Shown in pieces: positions 42,696-53,471 of a DNA stretch of 64,000 nt. The stretch spans positions 2,064,477 through 2,128,476 of the forward strand of contig CAWCYZ010000002.1 in assembly GCA_963799925.1 (NCBI GenBank), read 5' to 3'. The position numbers and the translations under genes were made by a program. This DNA is from an uncultured Acidobacteriota bacterium (GTDB lineage Bacteria > Acidobacteriota > Thermoanaerobaculia > Multivoradales > UBA5704). The notes under the pieces were generated by a model that worked only from the letters and a program-made list of their open reading frames with translations, had not been told where the DNA came from and searched no databases. Position 1 is the stretch's first letter, and every line of letters begins with the position of its first letter.

Positions 42696-43997
42696 TTACC
42701 AGGTGAACATGGCGCCGAGGATCAGGGCCCGGGTCTTGTAGGTGCCGAAGAAATCGCCGTCGTTGGCGAAGCTCTTGAGCCGCGTGCGGTTCTTGAAGTC
42801 GATGTAGCTCAGCGCGAGGTCGAACTTGTGGACGCCCGCCCAGCCGTAGCCGATGGCGAAGCCGTTGCGGTCGGCGTCGGGGAGCAGCGGATTGACCGCC
42901 GCCTCGGGCTGCGGCGTCTGGTCGTAGACGTAGCCGAGCCGCCACTGCGACGACGGGCTGGTGTTGTAGCGCAGGCCGGCGCGGTAGTTCCAGACGTTCT
43001 TCCAGTGCGCCGGGATCGAGCTGCTGGGCAGGTCGCCCTTGCTGAAGTTGATGTCGATGACGTCGAAGCTCGACCAGCCGGTCCAGTTGGCGTCGGTCTC
43101 GAGCAGGAGGTTGGGGGTCAGGCCGAAGGCGAGCCCCAGGCTCGCCATGTCGGGGAAGTCGATCGAGGTCTTGACCGGGAGCCTGCGCCCGAACGGGGTC
43201 TGCGCGGCGACCGCGGCGTCGAACTGCGGGAAGCCGGTCAGCACCTGGTTCAGCTGCGCGTTGCCGGTGTAGTCGACCTTCACCTTGCTGCGGTACGACA
43301 GGCCGACCGAGAAGCGGTCGCTGAACTTCTCGAGCAGGCCGACGTTCCAGCCGTAGCCCTCGTTGATGTCGGCTTTCAGGTCGACCCGCGCGACGTCGGC
43401 GGCGCGCAGGGTGAACGGGTTGATCGCCGCCTGGTTGCGCTTGAGCTCGAGGTCCGAGAAGCGGGCGACGGCGCCGACGCCGACGCCGAGGGTGGGGGTC
43501 ACCTGCCAGCCGAGCGTGGGGTTCACGTCGAGGACGCGGATCGCCGCCTTGGTGGAGAGGAAGCGCCCGGCGAAGCTGTTGGGGTTCTTCCAGTCGGTGG
43601 TGAGGCCGAAGGGAGTGTCGACGCCGATGCCCCATTTCCAGGTCTGGTTGATCGGCGAGACGAAATAGATCTGCGGCGTCGGCTGGTCGATCAGGTTCTG
43701 CTCGCCGCGGGCGTTGGGGCCGGGGAAGGGGGCGGCGCCGCGGAAGGTGGCGGTGGTGCCCTTGAAGTAGGTGAGGCTGAACGCGGTGGCGGTCTTGGTG
43801 ACGAAGCCCAGGCCGCCGGCGTTGTGGAAGAGCAGTGAAGGGTCGTCGGCCTGGGCGGTGAACGCCCCGGCCATGCCCTGCGCCTTCGCCCCCTGCTCGA
43901 AGAGGCCGAAGCCGGCCGCGAGCATGGGTTGAGCGAACCAGGCCCCGAGCGCCAGGGCCCCCAGGGCTCGCAGCATGAGACCGCCTCGCCTTCGCAT
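42696..43997 (-). CDS. OmpP1/FadL/TodX outer-membrane transport protein
   Basis: AGFGLFEQG...GMAGA...ADDPS..FHNAGGL, PFGL, C-terminal aromatic residue (FTW). Confidence 0.92.
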   Translation of the reverse strand: MRRRGGLMLRALGALALGAWFAQPMLAAGFGLFEQGAKAQGMAGAFTAQADDPSLLFHNAGGLGFVTKTATAFSLTYFKGTTATFRGAAPFPGPNARGEQNLIDQPTPQIYFVSPINQTWKWGIGVDTPFGLTTDWKNPNSFAGRFLSTKAAIRVLDVNPTLGWQVTPTLGVGVGAVARFSDLELKRNQAAINPFTLRAADVARVDLKADINEGYGWNVGLLEKFSDRFSVGLSYRSKVKVDYTGNAQLNQVLTGFPQFDAAVAAQTPFGRRLPVKTSIDFPDMASLGLAFGLTPNLLLETDANWTGWSSFDVIDINFSKGDLPSSSIPAHWKNVWNYRAGLRYNTSPSSQWRLGYVYDQTPQPEAAVNPLLPDADRNGFAIGYGWAGVHKFDLALSYIDFKNRTRLKSFANDGDFFGTYKTRALILGAMFTW

Positions 43998-44241
43998 CCT
44001 TATTCTCCTCTTGGAAATGGAAAGGGCTGATGAGCGTCGCCGGTTCCCCGACCAGGGGCCCGCGGACCGGGCCGCCTCGCGACCGCTCTTGAGGAACCTC
44101 GCATCGAGCGTGATTGTAAAGCTGCGGTGAGGGTTTACGGTAGCCCCGCAGGGGCGCGGGTGTCAACGCGTCGTCGCGGCGCCGTCACCCGGCCGGCCCG
44201 CCGGCAAGCTGCTACAGTACGCGCCGGGAGGACAGGTGACG

Positions 44242-44727
44242 ATGCGGTTCGAGCACGAGATCCACGCCGAGACGTTCCGAAAGATCGAGGAGTACCTGGG
44301 GGAGTTCTTCGAGGAGCCCTACTGCGATCCGGAGGAGGGGCACTTCTACGTCCGCTACGGCTCGACCGTCCTCGAGATCGAGGTCGCCGCCTACGGCCAG
44401 GAGGAGGCGGTGGTGACGATCATGTCCTACTGCGTCCAGGGGGTGGAGATCGACGAGGAGCTGATGGCTGGCCTCCTCGAGCTCAACCACCAGCTCCCCC
44501 TGGGATCGTTCTCGATGGTCGGCAACGACATCTTCTTCTCCCACTCGCTGTTCGGCCGCAACCTCGAGCCGCGCGACCTCCTGCGCGCGATCACCGCCGT
44601 CGCCGAGGTCGCCGACGACTACGACGACCGGATCGTCGCCAAGTACGGCGGCCAGACGGCCCTCGAGAGGATCCAGGACACCGGCGGCACGCGCCGCCGC
44701 CTCGCCGCCAGCGAGTCGGACGCCTAG
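44242..44727 (+). CDS. YbjN / T3SS chaperone-like (CesT-fold) protein
   Basis: Acidic ~160 aa; LLELNHQLPLGSF...ADDYDD pattern. Confidence 0.65.
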   Translation: MRFEHEIHAETFRKIEEYLGEFFEEPYCDPEEGHFYVRYGSTVLEIEVAAYGQEEAVVTIMSYCVQGVEIDEELMAGLLELNHQLPLGSFSMVGNDIFFSHSLFGRNLEPRDLLRAITAVAEVADDYDDRIVAKYGGQTALERIQDTGGTRRRLAASESDA

Positions 44728-45203
44728 CCGGAGCGCCGCACGCCCTTGACCGCCTCCTCGACCTCGCGGTCGAGCTCCTTGCGCCGCTCGCTCGCCCGCT
44801 TGTCGTAGAGCTTCTTGCCCTGCGCCAGGGCGACCTCGACCTTGATCCAGTTGCCCTTGAGGTAGACCGCGAGCGGGATCACGGTCAGGCCGCGCAGCAG
44901 GGTGCGGCCGAAGAGCTTGTCGATCTCGCGCCGCTTCAAGAGCAGCCGGCGCGGCCGCTCCGGCTCGTGGTTCTCGCGGTTGCCATGGCTGTACGGGCTG
45001 ATGTGGGCGCCGACGAGGAACGCCTGGCCGTTCCTGAAATCGACGTAGCTGTCCTTCAGCTGCACCTTGCCGGAGCGGGCCGCCTTGACCTCGGTGCCGG
45101 CGAGCACCAGGCCGGCCTCGAAGGTCTCGAGGATCTCGAAGTCGTGCCGCGCCCGCCGGTTGGCGGCGAGAGGCTTGACCACCGGCTTCCTTTCCGCAGC
45201 CAC
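44724..45203 (-). CDS. smpB: SsrA-binding protein
   Basis: NRRARHDF, EAGLVLAGTEVK, HISPY, RRLLL, GKKLYDKR. Confidence 0.96.
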   Translation of the reverse strand: MAAERKPVVKPLAANRRARHDFEILETFEAGLVLAGTEVKAARSGKVQLKDSYVDFRNGQAFLVGAHISPYSHGNRENHEPERPRRLLLKRREIDKLFGRTLLRGLTVIPLAVYLKGNWIKVEVALAQGKKLYDKRASERRKELDREVEEAVKGVRRSG

Positions 45204-45274
45204 GGCGCGACTATACAGCGACTCCCCGCCGCGGGCCCGGCGCCCGAGGGCCCGGTGCTACACTGGAGCTCCGC

Positions 45275-45829
45275 ATGCGAGCGACGGCCGCGCTCCTCAT
45301 CTCCCTGCTCCTCTATGTTCTCGCCCCCGCTCCCTCGCGCGCCGAGGGACGGATCGCGGGGCTGAACGTGGCGGTCGACGGCGGCCGCGTCGTCGCCAGC
45401 CTGACCCTGGTCGACGGCTTCCGCCATCGCCTGCGCGAGCGCGTCGACAGCGGCCTGCCGACCTCGATCCTCTATCGCTTCGAGCTCGACCGCGACCGCA
45501 CCCACTGGTGGGACCGCTACCTCGAGGAGTGCACGCTCGAGGTGACGGCGATGTACGACGCCGTCGCCCGCCAGTACACGGTCAACTACAAGCTCGACGG
45601 CAAGCTGATCGACAGCCGCACCGTCCGCGACCCGCAGGCGCTCGCCGAGGCGATGACCCGCGTCCAGGCGCTGCCGATCTTCACCCTCGCGAGCCTCCCC
45701 CACGAGTGGCGCCTGCTGGTCAAGGCGCGCGCCGAGCTCGGCACGCGGACGATCCTCTCGATCGTCCCGGTCGCCATCACCACCGACTGGGTCGAGTCGC
45801 GCAAGTTCCGGCCCTCCGGCCCGCCGTAG
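45275..45829 (+). CDS. DUF4390 family exported protein
   Basis: Signal peptide; SGLPTSILYRFEL...WWD; typical position upstream of an NtrY-like kinase. Confidence 0.7.
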   Translation: MRATAALLISLLLYVLAPAPSRAEGRIAGLNVAVDGGRVVASLTLVDGFRHRLRERVDSGLPTSILYRFELDRDRTHWWDRYLEECTLEVTAMYDAVARQYTVNYKLDGKLIDSRTVRDPQALAEAMTRVQALPIFTLASLPHEWRLLVKARAELGTRTILSIVPVAITTDWVESRKFRPSGPP

Positions 45830-45848
45830 GGCCAGCCGAGCCGCCGCC

Positions 45849-48088
45849 GTGGATCTCCGCGAGCGCCTGCGCCGTCACCGCAAGGACAACCGCCTCATCG
45901 TCGGCGGTCTCGCGGCCCTCCTCGCCGTCTTCACCGGTTCCTTCTACCTCGTCCAGCGCAGCCGCGAGCTGCCCCGCCTTCCTGGTCACCAACCGGGTCC
46001 TGCTCTTCGTCCTCTGGTACGTCAACGTCGTCCTCATCCTCGCCATCCTCTTCGTCCTGCTGCGGAACCTCTTCAAGCTGCTGGTCGAGCGCCGGCACCG
46101 CATCCTCGGCTCGACCTTCAAGTTCAAGCTGGTGGCGACCTACGTCGGCCTGTCGCTGATCCCGGTGCTCCTCCTCTTCGTCATCGCCAGCGAGCTGCTC
46201 CAGCGGCTCCGTCGACCGCTGGTTCAACACGCCCCTGAAGCCGGTCCTCGCCCAGGGGGAGGCGGTCGCCCAGGCGTTCTACGAGCGCATCGAGCAGGAC
46301 GACCTGCGCGACGCCGCGCGCGCGCTCGCCGAGGTGCGCTGGTACGACCTGCAGCGGCCCGACGAGCGCCTGCGCCTCAACCACCGCCTGCAGGAGCTGC
46401 TGGGCGAGCTCCGCCTCGACGTGCTCGCCGTCTACGAGGGGACCGAGTTCGTCCACGCGGTGGTCGACTCGCAGGCGGGGATCCCGGAGCTGCCCGAGCC
46501 CGGCCGCGACTTCCTGATCGAGGCGGTGCGCCAGGGGCGCGCGGTGCGGCGCGAGGAGCCGCCGGGAGGGCGCGGCGGGCGCCTGGTGCTCGCCGGCGTC
46601 GCCGGGGCGCCGGTGCCCACCAAGGCCGCGGGCGAGCGGGGAGCTCCACCCCTCGTCGTCGTCGCCGGCACCCGCATCGATCCCGTCCTCGCCGGCAAGA
46701 GCGACGCCCTGGTCCAGCGACTTCCAGGCCTTCCGCCAGCTCGAGGTGCAGAAGGACGACCTCCGCGCCAGCTACCTGCTGATCTTCCTGATGATCACGC
46801 TCTTGATCCTCCTCGCCTCGTCGTGGGTGGGGCTCCACCTGGCGCGGCGGGTGACCGTCCCCATCCAGGCGCTCGCCGAGGGGACGCGGCGGATCAGCGG
46901 CGGCGACCTCGCCCACCGCGTCGACGTCGACGCCGACGACGAGCTGGGGGTGCTCGTCAGCTCCTTCAACCGCATGACCGAGGAGCTGGGGAGCAACAAG
47001 GAGCTGCTCGAGCGCGGCAACCGCGAGCTGCACGGGCACCAACCAGCGGCTGGTCGGCGAGCGGGCGCTGATGGCGGCGGTGCTCGAGAACGTCGCCGCC
47101 GGCGTCGTCTCGACCGATGCCGCCGGCCGCATCTTCACCTGCAACGGCGCGGCGTTGAACATCCTGCGCCAGCGCGAGGAAGACGTGCTCGGCCGCGAGG
47201 CCGCCGAGGCCTGGGCCGATCCCGAGCGGCGCAAGCTCGCGGCGCTGCTCGCCGGCGGGGCGGCGGCGGGCGGCGCCGCGACCTCGAGCCACGAGGTGCA
47301 CCTCGTCCTCGGCGGCGAGTGGAAGACCTTCGAGGCCAAGGTGACGGCGATGCGCGGAGCGGATGGCGCGCTCCTCGGGCGGGTGCTGGTCATCGAGGAC
47401 CTGACCGAGCTGATCAAGGCCCAGCAGCTCGCCGCCTGGAGCGATGCCGCGCGGCGCATCGCCCACGAGATCAAGAACCCGCTGACGCCCATCCGCCTCG
47501 CCGCCGAGCGCCTGCTGCAGAAGAACCGGCTGCGCGACCCGCGCCTCTCGACGGCGATCGAGGAGGCGGTCGACATCATCGTCCGCGAGGTGACCGTCCT
47601 CCAGGAGATGGTCGACGAGTTCTCGCGCTTCGCCCGCATGCCGCGCCCGCGGCCGGCGCCGGTCGACCTGGCGCGCCTGGTCGACGAGACCGTCCACCTC
47701 TACCGCGACCTGAAACCCGGGGTCGCGGTCGAGGGCGAGGTCGGCGCCCGCCTCGACGGCGGTGCTCCTCGACGCCGAGCAGATCAAGCGCGCCCTGATC
47801 AACCTGCTCGACAACGCCGTCGAGGCGACGGATGCGCCCGGCCGCGTCACCATCGCCGCCCAGCCGGTCGACGGCCACCTGGAGATCCAGGTCGCCGACA
47901 CCGGCCGCGGCATCCCTGCGGCGTCCAAGGAGAAGCTCTTCCGTCCCTACTTCTCGACCAAGGGGCGCGGGACCGGGCTGGGGCTCGCCATCGTCCACCG
48001 CATCGTCGCCGACCATCACGGGTCGGTGCGCGTCGAGGACAACGTGCCGCGGGGGAGCGTCTTCATCCTGGAGCTGCCGCTCGAGTGA
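45849..48088 (+). CDS. NtrY-like HAMP/PAS histidine kinase (five apparent +1 frameshifts)
   Basis: Segments in successive frames: TM region, HAMP (DELGVLVSSFNRMT), PAS, RRIAHEIKNPLTPI, NLLDNA, GTGLGL. Confidence 0.85.
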
Positions 48089-48146
48089 GCCGCCCGCGGC
48101 GGCGGCCGGGCCCGCCTTCCCTCCGCGCCCGTGGGATAATCCCCCT

Positions 48147-48602
48147 ATGCCGACGCCCCAGCAGCGCATCGAAGCGGACTTGAAGACGGCGATGAAGGCC
48201 GGCGAGAAGGAGCGCCTCTCGACCCTCCGCATGCTATTGACCGAGGTCAAGAACGAGCGCATCCGGCGCGGCGGCGAGGTGGACGACGCGACCTTCGCCG
48301 GCCTCACGCGGAAGGCGATCAAGCAGCGGGAGGAGGCGGCCGAGCAGTACCGCAAGGGCAACCGCCCGGAGCTCGCCGACAAGGAGGAGAGCGAGGCGAA
48401 GCTCCTCGCCGCCTACCTGCCGGCGCAGGCCGACGAGGCGGCCATCCGCGCCGCCGTCGAGGCGCTCGTCGCCGAGCGCGGCCTCTCCGGGCCGGCGGCC
48501 ATGGGGCCGGTAATGAAGGAGGTCCTCGCCCGCTTCGGCTCCGCCGCGGATGGCGCGACGGTCTCCCGCATCGCCCGCGAGGTGCTCGCCAAGCCCCGCT
48601 GA
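48147..48602 (+). CDS. GatB/YqeY domain protein
   Basis: DLKTAMKA...RLSTLRM...KQREEAAEQY...YLP...MGPVM. Confidence 0.92.
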   Translation: MPTPQQRIEADLKTAMKAGEKERLSTLRMLLTEVKNERIRRGGEVDDATFAGLTRKAIKQREEAAEQYRKGNRPELADKEESEAKLLAAYLPAQADEAAIRAAVEALVAERGLSGPAAMGPVMKEVLARFGSAADGATVSRIAREVLAKPR

Positions 48603-48660
48603 GGAGCTCGGGCGACCGCCGCACCCCGACCCCATCGCTCTCGCATCGCCCACGGACCTC

Positions 48661-50613
48661 ATGCCTTCCCGCGTCATCGTCGGCACCGCCGGCCACATCG
48701 ATCACGGCAAGACCAGCCTGGTGCTGGCTCTCACCGGCATCGACTGCGACCGCTGGGCCGAGGAGAAGGCGCGCGGCATCACCATCGACCTGGGCTTCGC
48801 CCACCTCCGCCTGGGCGACCTCCAGATCGGCTTCGTCGACGTCCCCGGCCACGAGCGCTTCCTCCACAACGCGCTCGCCGGCCTCGGCGGCATCCGGATC
48901 ATGCTGCTGGTGGTGGCGGCGGACGAGGGGGTGAAGCCGCAGACCCGCGAGCACCTGGCGGTCTGCTCTCTGCTCGGCATCCCGGCGGGCTTGGTCGCCC
49001 TCACCAAGGCGGACCTGGCGAGCCCGGACCTCCTGGAGCTGGCCGAGCTCGAGGTCGCGGAGCTGCTGTCGTCGACGCCTTTTGCCGGCGCCCCGATCCT
49101 CCCCGTCGCGAGCCCCACCGGCGCCGGCCTCGCCGAGCTCCGTACCGCGCTCTTCGACCTCGCCGCGCGCCACGCCCGCGGCGCGCCGCCGGCGGACGGC
49201 GAGCCGGGCCGGCCGGCGCGCCTGCCGGTCGATCGCGCCTTCCACCTGCGCGGCCTGGGAGTCGTGGTGACGGGGACGCTCGCCTCCGGCGCGGTGCGGG
49301 TGGGCGATGCGCTGGAGCTCCTGCCGCGCGGCGGCGCGGTGCGGGTGCGGAGCATCCAGGTGCACGGCGAGCCGCGCGAGGCGGCCCTCGACGGCGAGCG
49401 CACCTCGCTCCAGCTGACCGGCGCGGCGCTCGAGGAGCTGCGGCGAGGCGTCGAGCTGGCGACCCCCGGCGCCTTCGCCCCGACGGTGAGCCTCTGCGCG
49501 CGCCTCACCCTGCTCCCCGACGCCCCCGCGGCCATCGAGGGCTCGACGCCGGTGCGCCTGCACCTCTACGCCAGCGAGGCGGTGGGGCGCCTGCGCCCGC
49601 TCCCCGCTGCGGACGGCGCCCCGGGGCGCCTGGCGCCGGGGGAGACCGGCCTCGTCGAGATCCGGCTCGCGGCGCCGGTCGTCGCGGTCCGCGGCGACCG
49701 CTTCATCGTCCGCCGACCCTCGCCGGCGGCGACCCTGGGCGGCGGCGAGGTCTTGGACCCCGCCTGGCGGCGGCCGCGCGGCCGGGCGCTGGCGCCGGCG
49801 CTCGCGGCCGAGACCGGCGTCGCCGGCGAGCTCCCCGCGGCCCTCCTCCACTGGGTGCAGAGCGCCGGGGAGCGCGGCGCCGAGGCGGCCGAGATCGCGC
49901 GCCGGCTGGGGGTCGAGCCGGCGCGGGCGGCCGCCGAGCTGGAGGCTCTCGCCCGCGTCCAGCGCCTCCTGGCGGTCCCCGAGGGCCCCGGCCACGGCCG
50001 GCGTTATCTCACCGCGGCGACCTACCAGCGGGTCGCCCAGCGCGCCCGCCGCGTGCTCAAGGAGTACTTCGAGAAGGACCGGCTGGCCCTCGGCATCCCC
50101 CGCGCCGAGGCGGTGCGGCGCATCCTCCGCGGCCGCGGCGCGGAGCTCGCCGACGTCTACCTCGCCTGGCTCGCGGCGCAGAAGATCCTGGCGGTGTCGG
50201 GCGAGCGCGGCGAGCGGATCACGCTGCCCGGCCGGACGGCCGAGCTGACCGGCGAGGAGTCGCGCCTGGCGCAGGCGGTCGTCGAGCGCTTCGCGCGCGG
50301 CGGCCTGACGCCGCCCGGCCCCACCGAGCTCGCCGTCGACCTCGCCGCCAAGCCGCAGATCGTCGACGGCGTCGTCCGCCACCTCGTCGCGCGCGGCCAG
50401 CTCGTCAAGCTCCCCAACGGTCTCGTCCTCGCCGCCTCGGCCCTGGCCGACCTGCGCCGCGAGCTCCTCTCGATGTCCTGGGAGCGCTTCTCGGTAGGCG
50501 ACTTCAAGGACCGCTTCGGCCTCTCCCGCAAATGGGCGATCCCGCTCCTCGAGCACCTCGACTCGACGGGCGCCACCCGGCGCGTCGGCGACGACCGTCT
50601 GGTGGTGCGGTGA
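48661..50613 (+). CDS. selB: Selenocysteine-specific translation elongation factor
   Basis: GTAGHIDHGKT, RGITIDLGF, DVPGHERF, C-terminal winged helix SRKWAIPLLEHLD. Confidence 0.95.
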   Translation: MPSRVIVGTAGHIDHGKTSLVLALTGIDCDRWAEEKARGITIDLGFAHLRLGDLQIGFVDVPGHERFLHNALAGLGGIRIMLLVVAADEGVKPQTREHLAVCSLLGIPAGLVALTKADLASPDLLELAELEVAELLSSTPFAGAPILPVASPTGAGLAELRTALFDLAARHARGAPPADGEPGRPARLPVDRAFHLRGLGVVVTGTLASGAVRVGDALELLPRGGAVRVRSIQVHGEPREAALDGERTSLQLTGAALEELRRGVELATPGAFAPTVSLCARLTLLPDAPAAIEGSTPVRLHLYASEAVGRLRPLPAADGAPGRLAPGETGLVEIRLAAPVVAVRGDRFIVRRPSPAATLGGGEVLDPAWRRPRGRALAPALAAETGVAGELPAALLHWVQSAGERGAEAAEIARRLGVEPARAAAELEALARVQRLLAVPEGPGHGRRYLTAATYQRVAQRARRVLKEYFEKDRLALGIPRAEAVRRILRGRGAELADVYLAWLAAQKILAVSGERGERITLPGRTAELTGEESRLAQAVVERFARGGLTPPGPTELAVDLAAKPQIVDGVVRHLVARGQLVKLPNGLVLAASALADLRRELLSMSWERFSVGDFKDRFGLSRKWAIPLLEHLDSTGATRRVGDDRLVVR

Positions 50614-50638
50614 GCAACCTGGAAGGAGGCAGCTCCTC

Positions 50639-51010
50639 ATGAAGACCATCGCCGTGCTCGGCGCGTCCAGCCACCGCAGCAAGTTCGGCAACAAGTGCGT
50701 GCGCGCCTACCAGGCCGCGGGGTACAAGGTCTTTGCCGTCAATCCCTACGAGCCGGAGGTCGAGGGCATGAAGACCTACCCTCGCCTCGCCGACATCGGC
50801 GAGCCGCTCGACCGCATCAGCGTCTACCTGCCGCCGCCGCTCACCCTCGAGCTGCTGCCGGAGATCGCTCTCGCGGGCGCCGGGGAGGTATGGATGAACC
50901 CCGGCGCGGCGGACGGCAAGGTGATCGAGGAATCGCGCCGGCGCGGCATCCCGATCCGCCTGGGCTGCAGCATCGTCGACGTGGGGATGAGCCCGGCGAT
51001 GTTCCCTTGA
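50639..51010 (+). CDS. CoA-binding protein (YccU-like)
   Basis: IAVLGAS, VNP, VWMNPG. Confidence 0.85.
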   Translation: MKTIAVLGASSHRSKFGNKCVRAYQAAGYKVFAVNPYEPEVEGMKTYPRLADIGEPLDRISVYLPPPLTLELLPEIALAGAGEVWMNPGAADGKVIEESRRRGIPIRLGCSIVDVGMSPAMFP

Positions 51011-51034
51011 GACGCTCTACGATCCTGCGCCGGC

Positions 51035-52201
51035 TCATGCCACCCGCGACTCCTCCGCCAGCTCGCGCTCGCGCGACGCGGGAGCGGTCGCCAGGGTCGC
51101 CTCGGCGCGGCGGCGGCCGGTGATCTTGCCGTAGGCCGTCAGCGCCTGCGCCACCACCTGGTCCATGTTGTAGTAGCGATAGGTCGCCAGCCGGCCCACG
51201 AACTGCACGTTCGGCGTCGCCTCGGCGAGCGCCTGGTAGCGCTTGTAGATCTCCGCGTTCTCCGCCCGCGGCACCGGATAGTAAGGATCCCCCTCGGCCT
51301 CCGGATACTCGTAGACGAGGCTCGTCTGCGCGTGCCGCTGGCCGGTCAGGTACTTGAACTCGGTGACGCGGGTGTAGAGGTGCTCGTTGGGATAGTTGAT
51401 CACCGGCGCCGCCTGGGCGCGGCGCGCGGGCACGGTCTCGTGGACGAAGCGCAGCGACCGGTAGGGGAGCTTCCCGTAGCGCATGCCGAAGAACTCGTCG
51501 ATCGGCCCGCTGTAGATCATCCGCCGGTAGGGGATCGCCTCCTCGACCTCGCGGTAGTCGCAGTTCAGGAGCACCTTGATGTTCTTGTGGTCGAGCATGT
51601 TCTCGAACATCCGCGTGTAGCCGTGGAGCGGCATCGCCTGGTAACGGTCGGTGAAGTAGCGGTCGTCCCGGTTGGTGCGCACCGGCACGCGCGCCGCGAC
51701 CTGGGCGTCGAGCTCCGAGGGATCGAGACCCCACTGCTTGCGCGTGTAGCCGCGGAAGAACTTCTCGTAGAGATCGCGGCCGACCCGCGACACCACGACG
51801 TCCTCCGAGGTGCGGATCGCCTCCCGCGGCTCGGCGACCGAGGCGAAGAAGCGCTCGAGGCCGGCGCTCGACAGGCGCAGGTTGTAGAGGCGGTTGATGG
51901 TGTCGAGGTTGATCGGCATGGGGACGAGCTTGCCGTCGACGCTCGCCTTCACCCGGTGCTCGTACGGCCGCCAGGCGGTGAAGCTCGAGAGGTACTCGAA
52001 GACCTCGCGCGAGTTGGTGTGGAAGATGTGCGGGCCGTAGCGGTGGATGAGGATGCCGGCGTCATCGTAGCAGTCGTAGGCGTTGCCGCCGATGTGCGGC
52101 CGGCGGTCCACCAGGAGGATTTTTTTGTCCGAGCCGCGGGCCAGCCGCTCGGCGAGAACGCTGCCGGCGAAGCCCGCGCCGACGATGAGGTAATCGAACA
52201 T
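51035..52201 (-). CDS. glf: UDP-galactopyranose mutase
   Basis: IVGAGFAG, HIGGNAYD, YGPHIFHTN, GDPYYP, GRLATYRYYNMD. Confidence 0.95.
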   Translation of the reverse strand: MFDYLIVGAGFAGSVLAERLARGSDKKILLVDRRPHIGGNAYDCYDDAGILIHRYGPHIFHTNSREVFEYLSSFTAWRPYEHRVKASVDGKLVPMPINLDTINRLYNLRLSSAGLERFFASVAEPREAIRTSEDVVVSRVGRDLYEKFFRGYTRKQWGLDPSELDAQVAARVPVRTNRDDRYFTDRYQAMPLHGYTRMFENMLDHKNIKVLLNCDYREVEEAIPYRRMIYSGPIDEFFGMRYGKLPYRSLRFVHETVPARRAQAAPVINYPNEHLYTRVTEFKYLTGQRHAQTSLVYEYPEAEGDPYYPVPRAENAEIYKRYQALAEATPNVQFVGRLATYRYYNMDQVVAQALTAYGKITGRRRAEATLATAPASRERELAEESRVA

Positions 52202-52292
52202 CGAACTGCTCCTTTTATGCAAGCGAGACAAATCACCAGAAGTTCCGGCGCGCTGGCGCGCTCCGGCGGAGCCCGGATGGAGCGCTCGATCG

Positions 52293-53471
52293 TCAGTCCA
52301 TGGCTCGCCTCCGCGCTTCCGCCACGGCGTCGATGAGAGCCGACATCCGCCGCCAGGTCTCGTCCCATGAGGAGCCGGCGAGCTGCTCGTCGACACGCTG
52401 CAGCCATACCTCCTCGTCGCCTGCCGCGAGACAGCGCTCGACCGCCGCGGCGAATTCGGGGACGCCGCGGCCGATCTCGACCAGCCCCAGCCGGCCGTAG
52501 GGCTCGACCACGTCGCGGATCGGCGTCGAGACGACGCGGCGGCCGCCGGCCAGGTACTCCGGCGTCTTGGTCGGGCTGATGAAGCGGGTGGATTCGTTGT
52601 CGGCGAAGGGGAGGAGCGCCACGTCCCAGCCGGCGAGGTAGGCGGGCAGCTCGCCATAGGGCTTCATGCCCAGGAGGTGGAGGTTGCCGCCGCGGGGGAG
52701 CGTCGTCGGGTCGATCTTCACCACCGGGCCGAGCAGCACCAGGTGCCACTCCGGATGCGCCGCGGCGAGGCCGGCCACGAGGTCGCGGTCGAGCCGCTCG
52801 TCGATGACGCCGAAGTAGCCCAGCCGCGGGTGGGGAATCGCCGCCTGGTCCGCCGGCTCGGGCGCCTCCGGGCGGCGCGCGCGGCCGAAGTGGGCGGCGT
52901 CGATGCTGCTCGGGAAGAGCTGGACGGCCGGGTGCCGGCGGCGCTTGGCCTCGAAGAGCGAGCTGCCGCCGGTGAAGACGAGGTCGGCGGTGGCGAGGAG
53001 CCGTTCCTCCCGCGCCAGGAGCTCCGCCGGCGCGCCGGCGAACAGGGACAGCTCGTCCATGCAGTCGTAGACGATGGCCGCCGGCTCGATCCCGTGCGTC
53101 CAGGCGAGCGCCATCGGCGTCCAGTACCAGAGGACCGGCCCAGCGCTGCCGCGCTCAGCGAGGAGCTCGGCCAGCAGGTGGGCGACCGTCCCCTCGGCCG
53201 CGGCCATGTCGGCCGCCATGCGGGACGGCAGGTGGGGCACGACGACGGTCACCCCTTCCGGTCGCGGGCTCGCGTCGAGGCGCGGCATCGTGCCGTCGCC
53301 CCCCCAGACGGGCTCCTCGACGAAGAAGACCCGCCGCTCGCGGGCGGCGCGCGCCATGAGGTGCTGGGGGCGCTGGTAGACGAAATCCCATCGCAGATGC
53401 GAGAGGGCGACGAGGTCGGGCTTGCCGCCCGGCTCCCCCAGGGCGGCCGCGAGACCTCTAGCCAGCGACAA
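52293..53471 (-). CDS. Glycosyltransferase (GT-B fold) associated with glf
   Basis: SHLRWDFVYQRPQHLM, YDCMDELS, FISPTKTPEYLA. Confidence 0.88.
   Translation of the reverse strand: MSLARGLAAALGEPGGKPDLVALSHLRWDFVYQRPQHLMARAARERRVFFVEEPVWGGDGTMPRLDASPRPEGVTVVVPHLPSRMAADMAAAEGTVAHLLAELLAERGSAGPVLWYWTPMALAWTHGIEPAAIVYDCMDELSLFAGAPAELLAREERLLATADLVFTGGSSLFEAKRRRHPAVQLFPSSIDAAHFGRARRPEAPEPADQAAIPHPRLGYFGVIDERLDRDLVAGLAAAHPEWHLVLLGPVVKIDPTTLPRGGNLHLLGMKPYGELPAYLAGWDVALLPFADNESTRFISPTKTPEYLAGGRRVVSTPIRDVVEPYGRLGLVEIGRGVPEFAAAVERCLAAGDEEVWLQRVDEQLAGSSWDETWRRMSALIDAVAEARRRAMD

Noticed and set aside
44724-50613. tmRNA near smpB or tRNA-Sec near selB
   Set aside because: Flanking space is filled by CDSs and I found no tRNA-like sequence.
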